Shown in pieces: positions 29,292 to 38,388 of a DNA stretch of 64,000 nt; position 1 is the stretch's first letter; every line of letters begins with the position of its first letter. The notes below the pieces were generated by a model. The model made no database searches. It was given only the letters and a program-made list of their open reading frames with translations, and was not told the DNA's origin. Source of the DNA: Longimicrobiales bacterium (GTDB taxonomy: Bacteria; Gemmatimonadota; Gemmatimonadetes; Longimicrobiales; Gaopeijiaceae); assembly GCA_965238005.1 (NCBI GenBank), contig OZ250165.1, positions 2,496,001 through 2,560,000 on the forward strand, written 5' to 3'. The position numbers and the translations under genes are program-made.

Positions 29292-29450
29292 ACGTCGGAC
29301 GGAGGAGACGAAGTCCGACCGGAAAACGGCGAATGTGATGATGATGGGGGGACAGTTGAGGAGCCTGGGTGGATGATGTGGGGATGATGTGAATTGGCTC
29401 GACGCCGTAAAAAGCTCGGCAGGGATCGCCCCCCTGCCGAGCTTTTTTTT
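29292..29450 (+). ncRNA. Candidate ~160-nt small RNA
   Basis: Lies between the sigma54-like promoter and a strong intrinsic terminator; 5' hairpin GTCGGAC/GTCCGAC; repeated GGATGATGTG; no credible ORF. Confidence 0.5.
29409..29450 (+). terminator. Rho-independent terminator (potentially bidirectional)
   Basis: AAAAA-GCTCGGCAGGG-loop-CCCTGCCGAGC-T8. Confidence 0.85.
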
Positions 29451-29528
29451 GCACCCCTCCGAAGGATGGGGTAGTCTCCCACCACCACCCATGCCCTCAT
29501 TCCCATAGACTCCACTCCGACGCCGCGC

Positions 29529-30536
29529 GTGAGCCCCGCCCTCGTCGCGCCCGACACCGGGCCCCCGGAGTCGACTCCCTCCCCGACTCTCGTCGTGCTG
29601 GCAGCCGGCCTGTCCACCCGGTATGGGGCCGTGAAGCCACTCGCGTCCGTCGGCCCGCAAGGAGAAGCCCTCATCGACTACGCCCTCTACGATGCCGCCT
29701 GCTCGGGATACGGTGACGCGATCCTGGTGGTGCGCCGGGAGATCGAGGCCGAGGTGTCACTGCATGTCGAGAAGCTCACCGGGGGCTCCTGGCCCTGCCG
29801 CTTCGTTTGCCAGCGCATGGACGACCTCCCCGACGGTGTTGCATTCGCTGGAGGCCGTGCGAAGCCCTGGGGAACCGGCCACGCGGTTTGGACCGCACGG
29901 TATGCCGTCCGGGGATCCTTCGCCGTGGTGAACGCAGACGACCTCTACGGGCGGGCCGCCCTACAGGCGCTGGCAGAGCATCTGCTTGTCGGGGGTGCCC
30001 GGGAGAACCGAGGACCGCAAGACTATGTGGCCATCACGTATCGGCTGGCCGACACCCTCTCCGACACCGCTCGGGTCTCGAGGGCCATCCTCAAGGTCGA
30101 CGCCGACCATCTGGTCCGGGAGATCCGTGAGGTGCTTCGGGTCCACCGTACATCGGCGGGGATCGTCGGTGAGACCCCCGACGGCGTGGTGCTGTCCTTC
30201 TCCGGCGATGAGCCGTCCTCCATGGGCATCTGGGGCTTCAAGCCCACCCTGTTTCCGCTTCTCGAGGACCGCCTCCGCTCCTTCCTCGGACGGCCCGGCG
30301 CCGATGACTCCGCGGAGTTCTACCTGAGCGACACGCTGAACGGGCTCATCGCTTCTGGAGACGCCCGGATCCGTGCGGTGGAGTCCGGTGCATCGGGATT
30401 CGGCGTGACGTTTCCCGACGATCGGTCGGAGGTTCGAGCCCGCATCGATAGGCTCGTTGCCGAGGGTGCTTATCCGGCGGATCTTCGGAGCACATTTCGA
30501 GCGTTGACGAACCCGGGTGGACCTTCAGGAACGTAG
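29529..30536 (+). CDS. Sugar-phosphate nucleotidyltransferase family protein
   Basis: LVVLAAGLSTRYG, KPWGTGHAV, VVNADDLYG, EFYL. Confidence 0.85.
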   Translation: MSPALVAPDTGPPESTPSPTLVVLAAGLSTRYGAVKPLASVGPQGEALIDYALYDAACSGYGDAILVVRREIEAEVSLHVEKLTGGSWPCRFVCQRMDDLPDGVAFAGGRAKPWGTGHAVWTARYAVRGSFAVVNADDLYGRAALQALAEHLLVGGARENRGPQDYVAITYRLADTLSDTARVSRAILKVDADHLVREIREVLRVHRTSAGIVGETPDGVVLSFSGDEPSSMGIWGFKPTLFPLLEDRLRSFLGRPGADDSAEFYLSDTLNGLIASGDARIRAVESGASGFGVTFPDDRSEVRARIDRLVAEGAYPADLRSTFRALTNPGGPSGT

Positions 30537-30541
30537 CCCTG

Positions 30542-32329
30542 ATGCAGCTTTCGATACTGGACTGGTGGGTCCTGGCCCTCTACGGTGTGACAGCCCTCTC
30601 CGTGGGGCTGGCGTTCGCCCGCCGAGCCGGACGCGGCACCGAAGAATACTTCCTCGCCGGCCGGTCCATGCCGTGGTGGCTTCTCGGGACCTCCATGGTG
30701 GCCACGACATTCTCGACAGACACGCCCAACCTCGTCACCGACCTCGTGCGCACGGGGGGAGTCAGCCAGAACTGGATCTGGTGGGCCTTCCTGATCACCG
30801 GGATGTGCACGGTGTTTTTCTACGCCAAGCTGTGGCGGCGCTCGGGCGTCCTCACCGACATCGGGTTCTACGAGCTCCGCTATGCCGGGCGGCCCGCCGC
30901 CTTCCTCCGGGGGTTCCGCGCCATCTACCTGGGCGTGTTCTTCAACGTCATGATCATGGCCACGGTGACCCTGGCGGCCATCAAGATCGGCAGTGTGCTC
31001 CTGGGGGCGGACAAGTACACGGTAGTGCTGATCGCCGGGACGGCGACGGTCCTCTACTCGGCCACTTCCGGGCTTTGGGGGGTCCTGGTCACGGACCTGC
31101 TGCTCTTCTCGATCTCCATGATCGGCGCCGTGGCTGCGGCGTTCTACGCGCTACGACTCCCCGAGGTGGGTGGGCTCTCCGGCCTCATTTCCAACCCGGC
31201 CGTCGCCGGCAAGCTGTCCTTCCTCCCGGACTTCTCGGATCCCTCCACCGCAGCAGCAGTCTTCATCGTGCCCATCGCCGTTCAGTGGTGGAGTACCTGG
31301 TACCCCGGTGCGGAGCCCGGTGGCGGGGGTTATTCCGCCCAACGCATGCTCGCGGCCAAAGACGAGAAGCACGCCATGCAGGCCACGCTCTGGTTCAACC
31401 TGGCCCATTACGCCCTGAGACCGTGGCCCTGGATCCTGGTGGCCCTGGCTTCGCTCATCGTCTACCCGACCCTCGGCGACCTTCAGGCGGCCTTCCCAAA
31501 CGTGGATCCGTCGGTCATCCGAAATGACCTCGCCTATCCCGCCATGCTGGTCTTCTTGCCTCACGGGCTCCTGGGTCTTGTGGTGGCCTCGCTGGCCGCC
31601 GCCTACATGTCCACGATAAGCACCCACCTCAACTGGGGGGCGTCGTACATCGTAGACGACGTATACCGCCGCTTCGTGGCCCCGGACCGTGAGGAGAAGG
31701 ACTACGTTCGCGTGGCGAGGCTCTCCACCGTCGGACTGATCATCCTCTCGTCCTTCGTAGCGCTGCAGCTAGAGAACGCCATGCAGGCCTTCCAGATCCT
31801 CCTGCAGATCGGAGCCGGAACAGGCCTCGTGTTCCTCCTCCGTTGGTTCTGGTGGCGGGTGAACACCTGGAGTGAGATCTCCGCCATGGTGATTTCGTTC
31901 CTGGTCGCGCTCTACTTCGCGTTCGTGCACACGCGACTGGGGTTCGAGGCCTGGAACCCTTCGACTACCCTGGTAGTGGGCGTGGCGATCACCACGGTCG
32001 GGTGGCTGGCCGTTACGTTCATGACGCCCCCGGTTGAAGCCGAGACCCTGCGCGCCTTCCACCGGAGCATCCGTCCCCTTGGCCGGGGCTGGGACGCCGT
32101 CGTTGGAGATGGCGCATCCGCTGACGAAGCCCCATCTGGGGCGGAGGGAGAGCTCACCGCCGGTCTCCTCTCGTGGTTCCTGGGGTGCACCATGGTGTAC
32201 GGCGCCTTGTTCGGAACCGGCTTCCTGCTCTACGGGCAGCTTGTGGCGGGAGCCTTGGGGCTGATCGTTGCGACCGTCGCGGGCTGGGGAGTCTTCAGGA
32301 TCCTCCCGCGGGTGGGCTTCCTCACGTAG
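30542..32329 (+). CDS. Sodium:solute symporter family protein
   Basis: EYFLAGRSMPWW, AAYMSTISTHLNWGAS, many transmembrane helices. Confidence 0.9.
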   Translation: MQLSILDWWVLALYGVTALSVGLAFARRAGRGTEEYFLAGRSMPWWLLGTSMVATTFSTDTPNLVTDLVRTGGVSQNWIWWAFLITGMCTVFFYAKLWRRSGVLTDIGFYELRYAGRPAAFLRGFRAIYLGVFFNVMIMATVTLAAIKIGSVLLGADKYTVVLIAGTATVLYSATSGLWGVLVTDLLLFSISMIGAVAAAFYALRLPEVGGLSGLISNPAVAGKLSFLPDFSDPSTAAAVFIVPIAVQWWSTWYPGAEPGGGGYSAQRMLAAKDEKHAMQATLWFNLAHYALRPWPWILVALASLIVYPTLGDLQAAFPNVDPSVIRNDLAYPAMLVFLPHGLLGLVVASLAAAYMSTISTHLNWGASYIVDDVYRRFVAPDREEKDYVRVARLSTVGLIILSSFVALQLENAMQAFQILLQIGAGTGLVFLLRWFWWRVNTWSEISAMVISFLVALYFAFVHTRLGFEAWNPSTTLVVGVAITTVGWLAVTFMTPPVEAETLRAFHRSIRPLGRGWDAVVGDGASADEAPSGAEGELTAGLLSWFLGCTMVYGALFGTGFLLYGQLVAGALGLIVATVAGWGVFRILPRVGFLT

Positions 32330-32360
32330 CCTATCCGAAGGTAGTCCCATCGAGAGGTAG

Positions 32361-33806
32361 GTCGAGTAGCCCGGGCGGTTGCCCGCCCGGGCCCTCTCAG
32401 ATCCGAGCAAGGAGATTTCCACCACTCGGCTCCTCCGTTGAGGAGTCTCACGGAGCCCTGACCCAGACTTGTACACGTTGCCGAACATCGGCGAGATGAT
32501 CGACCCCTGCGCGGAACCCTCGCCCGGCTTGCTGAACTCTTCGCCGTCGAGGACGCCCACGTGAAGACATTTGCCGAGCAGCCGCAGGAGCGGCGTGTCG
32601 GCCACCCGGATCTGGAGCAGCTCCAACAGCTTCTTGCGGTCGATGCTGTCGAAGAAACGCCTGGATGTCGGCCTCCAGGACCACCGCGATCCCTTCCCAG
32701 GACACCATCCGGTTGATGGCTCGAAGCGCGTCGTGCGCACTGCGATCTGGCCGGAACCCGTATGAGCATTCCAGGAAGTCCTGTTCGTAGACTGCCTCCA
32801 GGACCTCATGCAGCGCGCCCTGCACAATCTTGTCCTCCAGATTGGAGATACCGATCGGCCGCGTCTTACCGTTCCCCTTCGGGATGTACACACGTCGGAT
32901 CGGCTGATGTCGGTACCGCATCGATCTCAGCCGCTCGTGCAGCCCCCGGCGGTTCCCCTCCAGATGCCGCCCGTACTCCTCCTTCGTGATGCCCTCGACC
33001 CCGACCGCCGCGTTCTTGCGGATCCGGCCGTAGGCCCGTCGTAGGCCCGTCCCAGCGCCGCCTCGTCCACGAGGTGCGCCAACGAGTTGAATCTGGCGTC
33101 CGGGTCTCGCCTCGCTCTCTCCGCTACCTTCAGGAGTCCCGGGGACATGGGGGACCCTTGGTCTGTGCTCAAGGCCATGTTTCCCTCCTGAAGTTCTGCC
33201 TCAACACGGGCCGCCTTTGCTCGGCTGGGTCCGGGTGCCATCATCCGTTCCCCAGCGTCTTCGCTCCTAAGCGGCCCTCCGACTCCCCTGCCGCATTGGC
33301 ACGCCTCCGGTTTGCCCTCGGTCGTGCCTTACCGGTTGAGCAAGCGTCGCTTCTGTGCCTGGTGGCGTCGCCGCCACGGGGCCGGCCACCGGACCGCTTG
33401 CCGCCGACGGCGCGTCGGAGAGGGTCACCGGTTCTCCGTTGCCCGGATCCTCCAACCGGACGGTCAGGGGCCTCCCAGGTTACTGGGCCGTCCTCTTTGA
33501 GCGTGCCGCCCGCCACCCACCCCGCCGGGTCTCCTCGTCGGCTGGCCTTTAGCGCCTTCGGGAGTACTGCTTTCCAGGATGGGAAACCCTTGAGCACCCG
33601 GGATTAAGCTGTTTCGGGGCTGACACACGCGGCCCACCCACTCGCCTGACTACGCATCAACCGCCTCCTCACGAAGACGGCTGCAAGCCTGGCTACCGGT
33701 CTGCCGGCTACGCTTTGACCGGGTGGGGCTCGCACCCACAGGACGACTCATCCGAGTTTCGGTCTACATCCTGACCTCCTCCCAGACCAGCAGGGCCTGG
33801 TCGCTT
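32361..33806 (-). mobile_element. Group II intron, internally deleted
   Basis: Domain V GAGCCGAGTGGTGGAAATCTCCTTGCTCGGATC, domain VI hairpin ending CTACTCGAC at 32361, RT remnant, 5' region beginning AAGCGACCAGG near 33806 (boundary inferred). Confidence 0.85.
32468..33178 (-). pseudogene. ltrA: Group II intron reverse transcriptase/maturase, frameshifted and truncated
   Basis: RFNSLAHL, RRVYIPKGNGKTRPIGI, SYGFRP, EADI..FFDSID, QGSIISP..NVY; 11-bp duplication at 33030-33051, +1 shift near 32656, no YADD or maturase domain. Confidence 0.88.
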
Positions 33807-34072
33807 CTCCCATCCAGCCATGGACGGATTCTGAGCCTCATGATCGTCGAGATCCGGGACTCCCTGTAGAACGCACCTGACGACGCCTGGCATTCGGTCT
33901 GCCCGGCGACCTCGACCCCGGGACACTTCCGGCGTCCCCCACCCCCTCCGCGGCCCGCCCACAAGCCAGCCAGGGCCTCGAGAAACCCCCTCTTATCTTT
34001 CAAGCAAGCACGCCGAACACTCCTGGCATCCCAAACCACCGCCGCATGCTAACCCGTTCCAAGGAGCTTCCC

Positions 34073-35674
34073 ATGGTCCGCCCCGCTGTCGCTGCCGTCA
34101 CTCCCAGCGATTCCGGCCCCACGCTCGCCGTCGTGCCTTCCTGCGACTCCGGCCCCACGCTCGCCGTCGTAGCCGGCGCGTCAACCCAGAACCTCGAGCG
34201 CCTGGGCGACGAGATCGCCGAGCTGGCCGCACACCTGGATGCGGCCACCTACCGCCTCCTGGCGCTAATCCGTGAGTTCGACGCGAAAGAGGGGTGGCGC
34301 TCGGGATTCCGGACGTGCGCCCACTGGCTCAGCTGGCGTACCGGGATCGACATGGGAGCTGCCCGCGAGAAGGTGAGGGTGGCCCGGGCCTTGGAGCATC
34401 TACCCCTGCTGAGCGAAGAGATGCGGCTTGGAGAGCTCTCCTACTCGAAGGCCCGAGCTCTCACGCGCGTCGCCACGGCGGATAACGAAGAGGAGTTGAT
34501 GGGCTTCGCCCAGCACGCAACGGCATCGCATGTGGAAACACTCGTGAGGACGTGGCGCCGTGTGGACCGCTTGGAGGAGCAATGCCAGGAGCGGGAGCGG
34601 CATCGGTCGCGCTTCCTCACTGTCCGTCCCGATGTGGACGGCATGTACGTTGTCCGGGGACGGCTGGATCCCGAGGTCGGTGCGCTGTTGACGAAGGCCC
34701 TCGAAGCTGCGGGGGATGAACTCTACCGCAGGGCTGCGGAGGATGAAGTCTACCGGAGGGCTGCGGAGGATGACCCCGTGGGCGATCCCCAGATCACCGG
34801 GGATGGGGTGGCCGCGGACACGGTGGAAGGGTCCGTGGCAGCGGAGGTCCGATCTGAGGTTCGATCTGAGGTCCGATCTGAGGAGACCACGCCGGGGCAG
34901 CGGCGGGCGGACGCGATCGGCCTTCTCGCCGAGTGTGCGCTGCAGGGCGGATTGGTGGAGGCGGGCGGGGGGCGTGCCGCCGGCGAGTGCGGCGACGGCA
35001 AGCGCAGCGACGGACGGGCTGCAGCCACGGTGAGCCGGGCAGACCGTTTTCAGGTGGTTCTTCACGTGGATGCCGAGGCGCTCGCCGATTCCGAGACCCT
35101 CGTGGACGGCTCCGTGGACGGCTCCGTGGCGTATGAATCCGAGCTGGAGGACGGCGTTCGCGTTTCCGCGGAGACGTCGAGGCGTCTGGCATGCGACGCG
35201 AGCCGTGTCGTCATGACTCACGGCACCGATGGATCGGTGCTCGATGTCGGAAGGAAGACGCGAACGGTGCCACCCGCCATTCGGAGGGCGCTCGACCACA
35301 GGGACAGGGGATGCCGTTTCCCAGGCTGTGGACTCAGGTTCTGCGACGCCCATCACATCGAACACTGGGCCGACGGTGGAGAGACCAGGCTGGACGGCCT
35401 CGTGCTTTTGTGCCGTCTACATCACCGGGCGGTGCACGAGGAGGGATTCGGGGTGGCCTTCACGGACGACGGCCGGATCCACTTCCGTTGGCCTGACGGG
35501 CGGGCATTCCCCGACGCTCCCCAGGCGCCGCGGCTGACAGGGGATCCGGTCACGGCTCTCGAAAGGAAGCACGAGAGGATGGAGCTCGGTATCGATCCCG
35601 GGACACCGACTAGCCTGTGGCAAGGTGAGTCCTTCGACCTGGGCCTGGCGATCCAGATGTTCCGAAATGCGTGA
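34073..35674 (+). CDS. DUF222-domain HNH endonuclease (13E12-repeat-like)
   Basis: AREKVRVARAL, GELSYSKARAL, RRLACDA, RRALDHRDRGCRFPGC...CDAHHIEHWADGGET...LLCRLHHRAVH; AAGGAG RBS. Confidence 0.88.
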   Translation: MVRPAVAAVTPSDSGPTLAVVPSCDSGPTLAVVAGASTQNLERLGDEIAELAAHLDAATYRLLALIREFDAKEGWRSGFRTCAHWLSWRTGIDMGAAREKVRVARALEHLPLLSEEMRLGELSYSKARALTRVATADNEEELMGFAQHATASHVETLVRTWRRVDRLEEQCQERERHRSRFLTVRPDVDGMYVVRGRLDPEVGALLTKALEAAGDELYRRAAEDEVYRRAAEDDPVGDPQITGDGVAADTVEGSVAAEVRSEVRSEVRSEETTPGQRRADAIGLLAECALQGGLVEAGGGRAAGECGDGKRSDGRAAATVSRADRFQVVLHVDAEALADSETLVDGSVDGSVAYESELEDGVRVSAETSRRLACDASRVVMTHGTDGSVLDVGRKTRTVPPAIRRALDHRDRGCRFPGCGLRFCDAHHIEHWADGGETRLDGLVLLCRLHHRAVHEEGFGVAFTDDGRIHFRWPDGRAFPDAPQAPRLTGDPVTALERKHERMELGIDPGTPTSLWQGESFDLGLAIQMFRNA

Positions 35675-35967
35675 GGGCTCGGGGGCCGGGAGCGTCCTGG
35701 ACTCTCCTAAGCCCCCACCCTCTCCACCGTGGCTCCCCCCGAGGGGGCCGCCCTGAAGACCGCTTCCTCTGCCGATGTGTCTCTCCTCAGCCTGTAGCAA
35801 CCAACTGCGAGGGCTTCCAGAGCCGCCGACTCCGCGGCCTCCGTACACAGGATCAGTGCCGCACCCCCGAGTCCCGCTCCGGTGAGACGTGCCCCTGCCG
35901 CGCCCGCCTCCCGAGCGAGCCGATTCCGATCTAAGCAAGGGGACCACGTCCGTTACTCCGATCCAGG

Positions 35968-36398
35968 ATGAAGCTCATGGACAGCCCCCACCCGACCCGG
36001 CGAGTCCTGGCCGCTGTTCTGCTTTCGTTGGTGATGGCGAGCTCCGCCGCCGCACAGCACGGATGACATCGGATTCCACCTGATCAACCCCTCGCTCCCG
36101 CTGACCGAGCCACCCCGTGAGCGAACCGAGGTGGAGGTCAGCCCCGACCGTGTTGTCACAGTGGTCGGGGTTTGCGAGTTGACGCCCGAGTTCCAGATCA
36201 CGGTGACCTCGAGGATGGCCAGCTACACGCCCAGGCGACCGGCCAGGGTAAGGCTCCCATCTTCCCCGCGTAGGAGGACGAATTCTTCTACAAGGTCATC
36301 GATGCCCAGGTGAGCTTCGTTCGGAATACCGCTGGAGAAGTGATGGAGCTGATCTCCACAAGAACAGGCGTGACACACCCGGCAAGAAGCTGCGCTGA
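35968..36398 (+). pseudogene. Remnant of a serine hydrolase (beta-lactamase family): signal peptide plus C-terminal DUF3471-like domain only
   Basis: MDSPHPTRRVLAAVLLSLVMASSAAAQ jumps to DDIGFHLINP...ELTPEFQITVT...AQATGQ...EFFYKVIDAQVSF, with frameshifts and a TAG. Confidence 0.6.
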
Positions 36399-36506
36399 GG
36401 CTACCCGGGAGACACCTACGCGTCGTTGCCGGCCGTGCCCGGCGGGCGCCCGGCGGGCGGGCGGGCGTGCCCGGCGGGGCGGTGCACCGGCGTGGGAAGA
36501 CCGCCC

Positions 36507-37382
36507 CTAACGAACCCTCAAGACCATGAGAACGGGCCGGTGATCCGACGCCAGGCGCTCGTCGATCACACGGTACTCCAGGAGCTCGAATCGATCTTCG
36601 GGGCGGTAGCCGATGAAGTCGATCTCCCGCTCAGGTCGATCCGCCGGAAAGGTCAGGGCAGGTCGGGCCTTGTTCGGCATCGTCCAGTGGTGATCGATGA
36701 CGTCCATCACCCGGTCACCCAGTCGCGAATTGAAGTCGCCCGCCAGAATGACCGGCGTGGGCTCGTGCTCGAAGATGTCGACGATCTCCCGGGCCTGTCT
36801 GAAGCGCTGCTCCTCCGTCCGATAGAGGTGGACGCCCGCGACGATAACCTCCCCTGCCCCCCCCGGCAGGCGGATCCTGGCGGCCAGCGTGCTCCGGGGC
36901 TCCGTGCCGCGTGGCAATTCGTGGTTCACGGACACCACGATAGGTGACCGTGACAGGATGGCCATTCCGTATTCCCCACCCTGGTACTCCATGAACGCGC
37001 CGAAAGCGTGGTCCATCCCGGTCAGATCGCCCAGACGCGCCGCCTGGTCCACCCGACCCGTGCGGCTCACGTCCCAGTCGACCTCCTGAAGGGCTACGAT
37101 ATCGGGGCGAGCGGCGCGGATGACGGCGGCCACCCGCTCCAGGTCCAGCTCCCGGTCCATACCCTCGCCGTGCCGGATGTTGTAGGCCAGGACCCGCACG
37201 GTGGGTCGTTGCCCGGCCTCCTCCAGCATCTCCTGGATGGCCGCGCAGCCCGTCAGCCCCAGCCCCAGCCCCAGCCCCAGCGCCAGCGCCCACGAGGCCC
37301 TCCTCTTCCCGCCGCCCTTGCCGCGGGGGCCCCAGCCGCCAGGGGTCAGCCGCCGACTCTTCTTCGCTCTGATCACTCCCAT
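36507..37382 (-). CDS. Endonuclease/exonuclease/phosphatase family lipoprotein
   Basis: LAYNIRHG, DIVALQEVD, ILAGDFNS, ASDHRPV; lipobox LTGC. Confidence 0.88.
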   Translation of the reverse strand: MGVIRAKKSRRLTPGGWGPRGKGGGKRRASWALALGLGLGLGLTGCAAIQEMLEEAGQRPTVRVLAYNIRHGEGMDRELDLERVAAVIRAARPDIVALQEVDWDVSRTGRVDQAARLGDLTGMDHAFGAFMEYQGGEYGMAILSRSPIVVSVNHELPRGTEPRSTLAARIRLPGGAGEVIVAGVHLYRTEEQRFRQAREIVDIFEHEPTPVILAGDFNSRLGDRVMDVIDHHWTMPNKARPALTFPADRPEREIDFIGYRPEDRFELLEYRVIDERLASDHRPVLMVLRVR

Positions 37383-37675
37383 GCTCCATCGTCCAGGGCC
37401 CGCCCGAGGGCCTCCAGTCCGCCACCGAGCATGTCGCTCAGGCCGCCGATGGCCACCCTGAAGTGGGCGGGGCACTGGAAGAAGGACCCGGGCACGACAA
37501 CCCGTATCGTACTGCTCCGCCAGCCTCTGAGCGAAGATCTCGGTGTCCTCGACGCCGCGGATCCGGGGAAAGCCCACGGCACCGCCCACCGGAGGAGCCC
37601 ACTCGAGCACATCGCGGCCCTCGATGAAGTCCGTGAGCAGCCGAAAGTTGGGTTCGAGGATGGAGCGGGCCCGCG
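37373..37675 (-). pseudogene. C-terminal fragment of a class I/II aminotransferase
   Basis: LEWAPPVGGAVGFPRI...VVVPGSFFQCPAHFRVAIG with a frameshift; fused directly to the permease fragment. Confidence 0.65.
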
Positions 37676-38046
37676 TCGACGCTCCTCCCCGACCCACCAA
37701 CCGAAGCGTGTACTCCGCGAAGGTGATGCCCACTGCCGCGATGGCCCCGCTCTCGATCATGAGCAGGAGCGCCCATCCGTACAGGAACCCCGCCAGGGGG
37801 TGATAGGCGTCACGCAGGTAGGCGTAATGACCGCCGGCCGTCGGAAGGAGTGACCCGGAGCTCGGCGAAGGTGAACGCACCGGCGAGGGCGATTCCGCCC
37901 CCGGCGATCCAGGCAGCCATGACCAGCCACCCGGAGTCCAGCCGCTGGGCCACGATGTAAGGGTTGATGAAGATGCCGGCGCCGATGATACCACCCACCA
38001 CCACCATCGTGGCGTCGAACGTCCCGAGCTCCCGGCGGAAGCTCAT
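37676..38046 (-). pseudogene. N-terminal fragment of an APC amino acid permease
   Basis: MSFRRELGTFDATMVVVGGIIGAGIF...AEL, frameshift, then PTAGGHYAYLRDAY..GFLYGW; truncated. Confidence 0.8.
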
Positions 38047-38160
38047 CGTGATACCCTCGCAAAGGTGACACTGCTCGACGAGAAGGCGCCGAGAACGCTG
38101 AGGGTTGAAGCTCGCATGGCGACAAACTACTGTGAGCAAACGGACTCCGCGAAGTAGTCG

Positions 38161-38224
38161 GCGTACGTACGTTCAAGACGATACATACGTATGTTGAAGA
38201 CGAATATGTACGTACGTTGGAGAG
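38161..38224. promoter_or_regulatory. Three spaced palindromic boxes (candidate operator array)
   Basis: GCGTACGTACGT (38161), ACATACGTATGT (38183), ATGTACGTACGT (38206), each followed by TNRAGA. Confidence 0.5.
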
Positions 38225-38388
38225 ACTCCCCTCACCCCGTGGGAGAGAGTGCGAGGGCCGCGTGGGGTTAGGTACGGGGTGTTTTCCGCGCTGAGCCTTT
38301 GGTATTCTTTCACATCCGCTTCCCCCGACGGACCACGACCAACGCGCACCAGAGAACGCCGCGCACCAGAGAGCACATAAAGGCCGTC

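Noticed and set aside
32468..33178. RT as a retron, DGR or defence RT
   Set aside because: It is embedded in group II intron RNA with clear domains V and VI; no template/variable repeat pair or msr-msd is visible.
36507..37994. 495-aa ORF as a novel permease-aminotransferase-nuclease fusion
   Set aside because: It is a chance read-through across two pseudogene fragments into a normal EEP gene that has its own start and lipobox.
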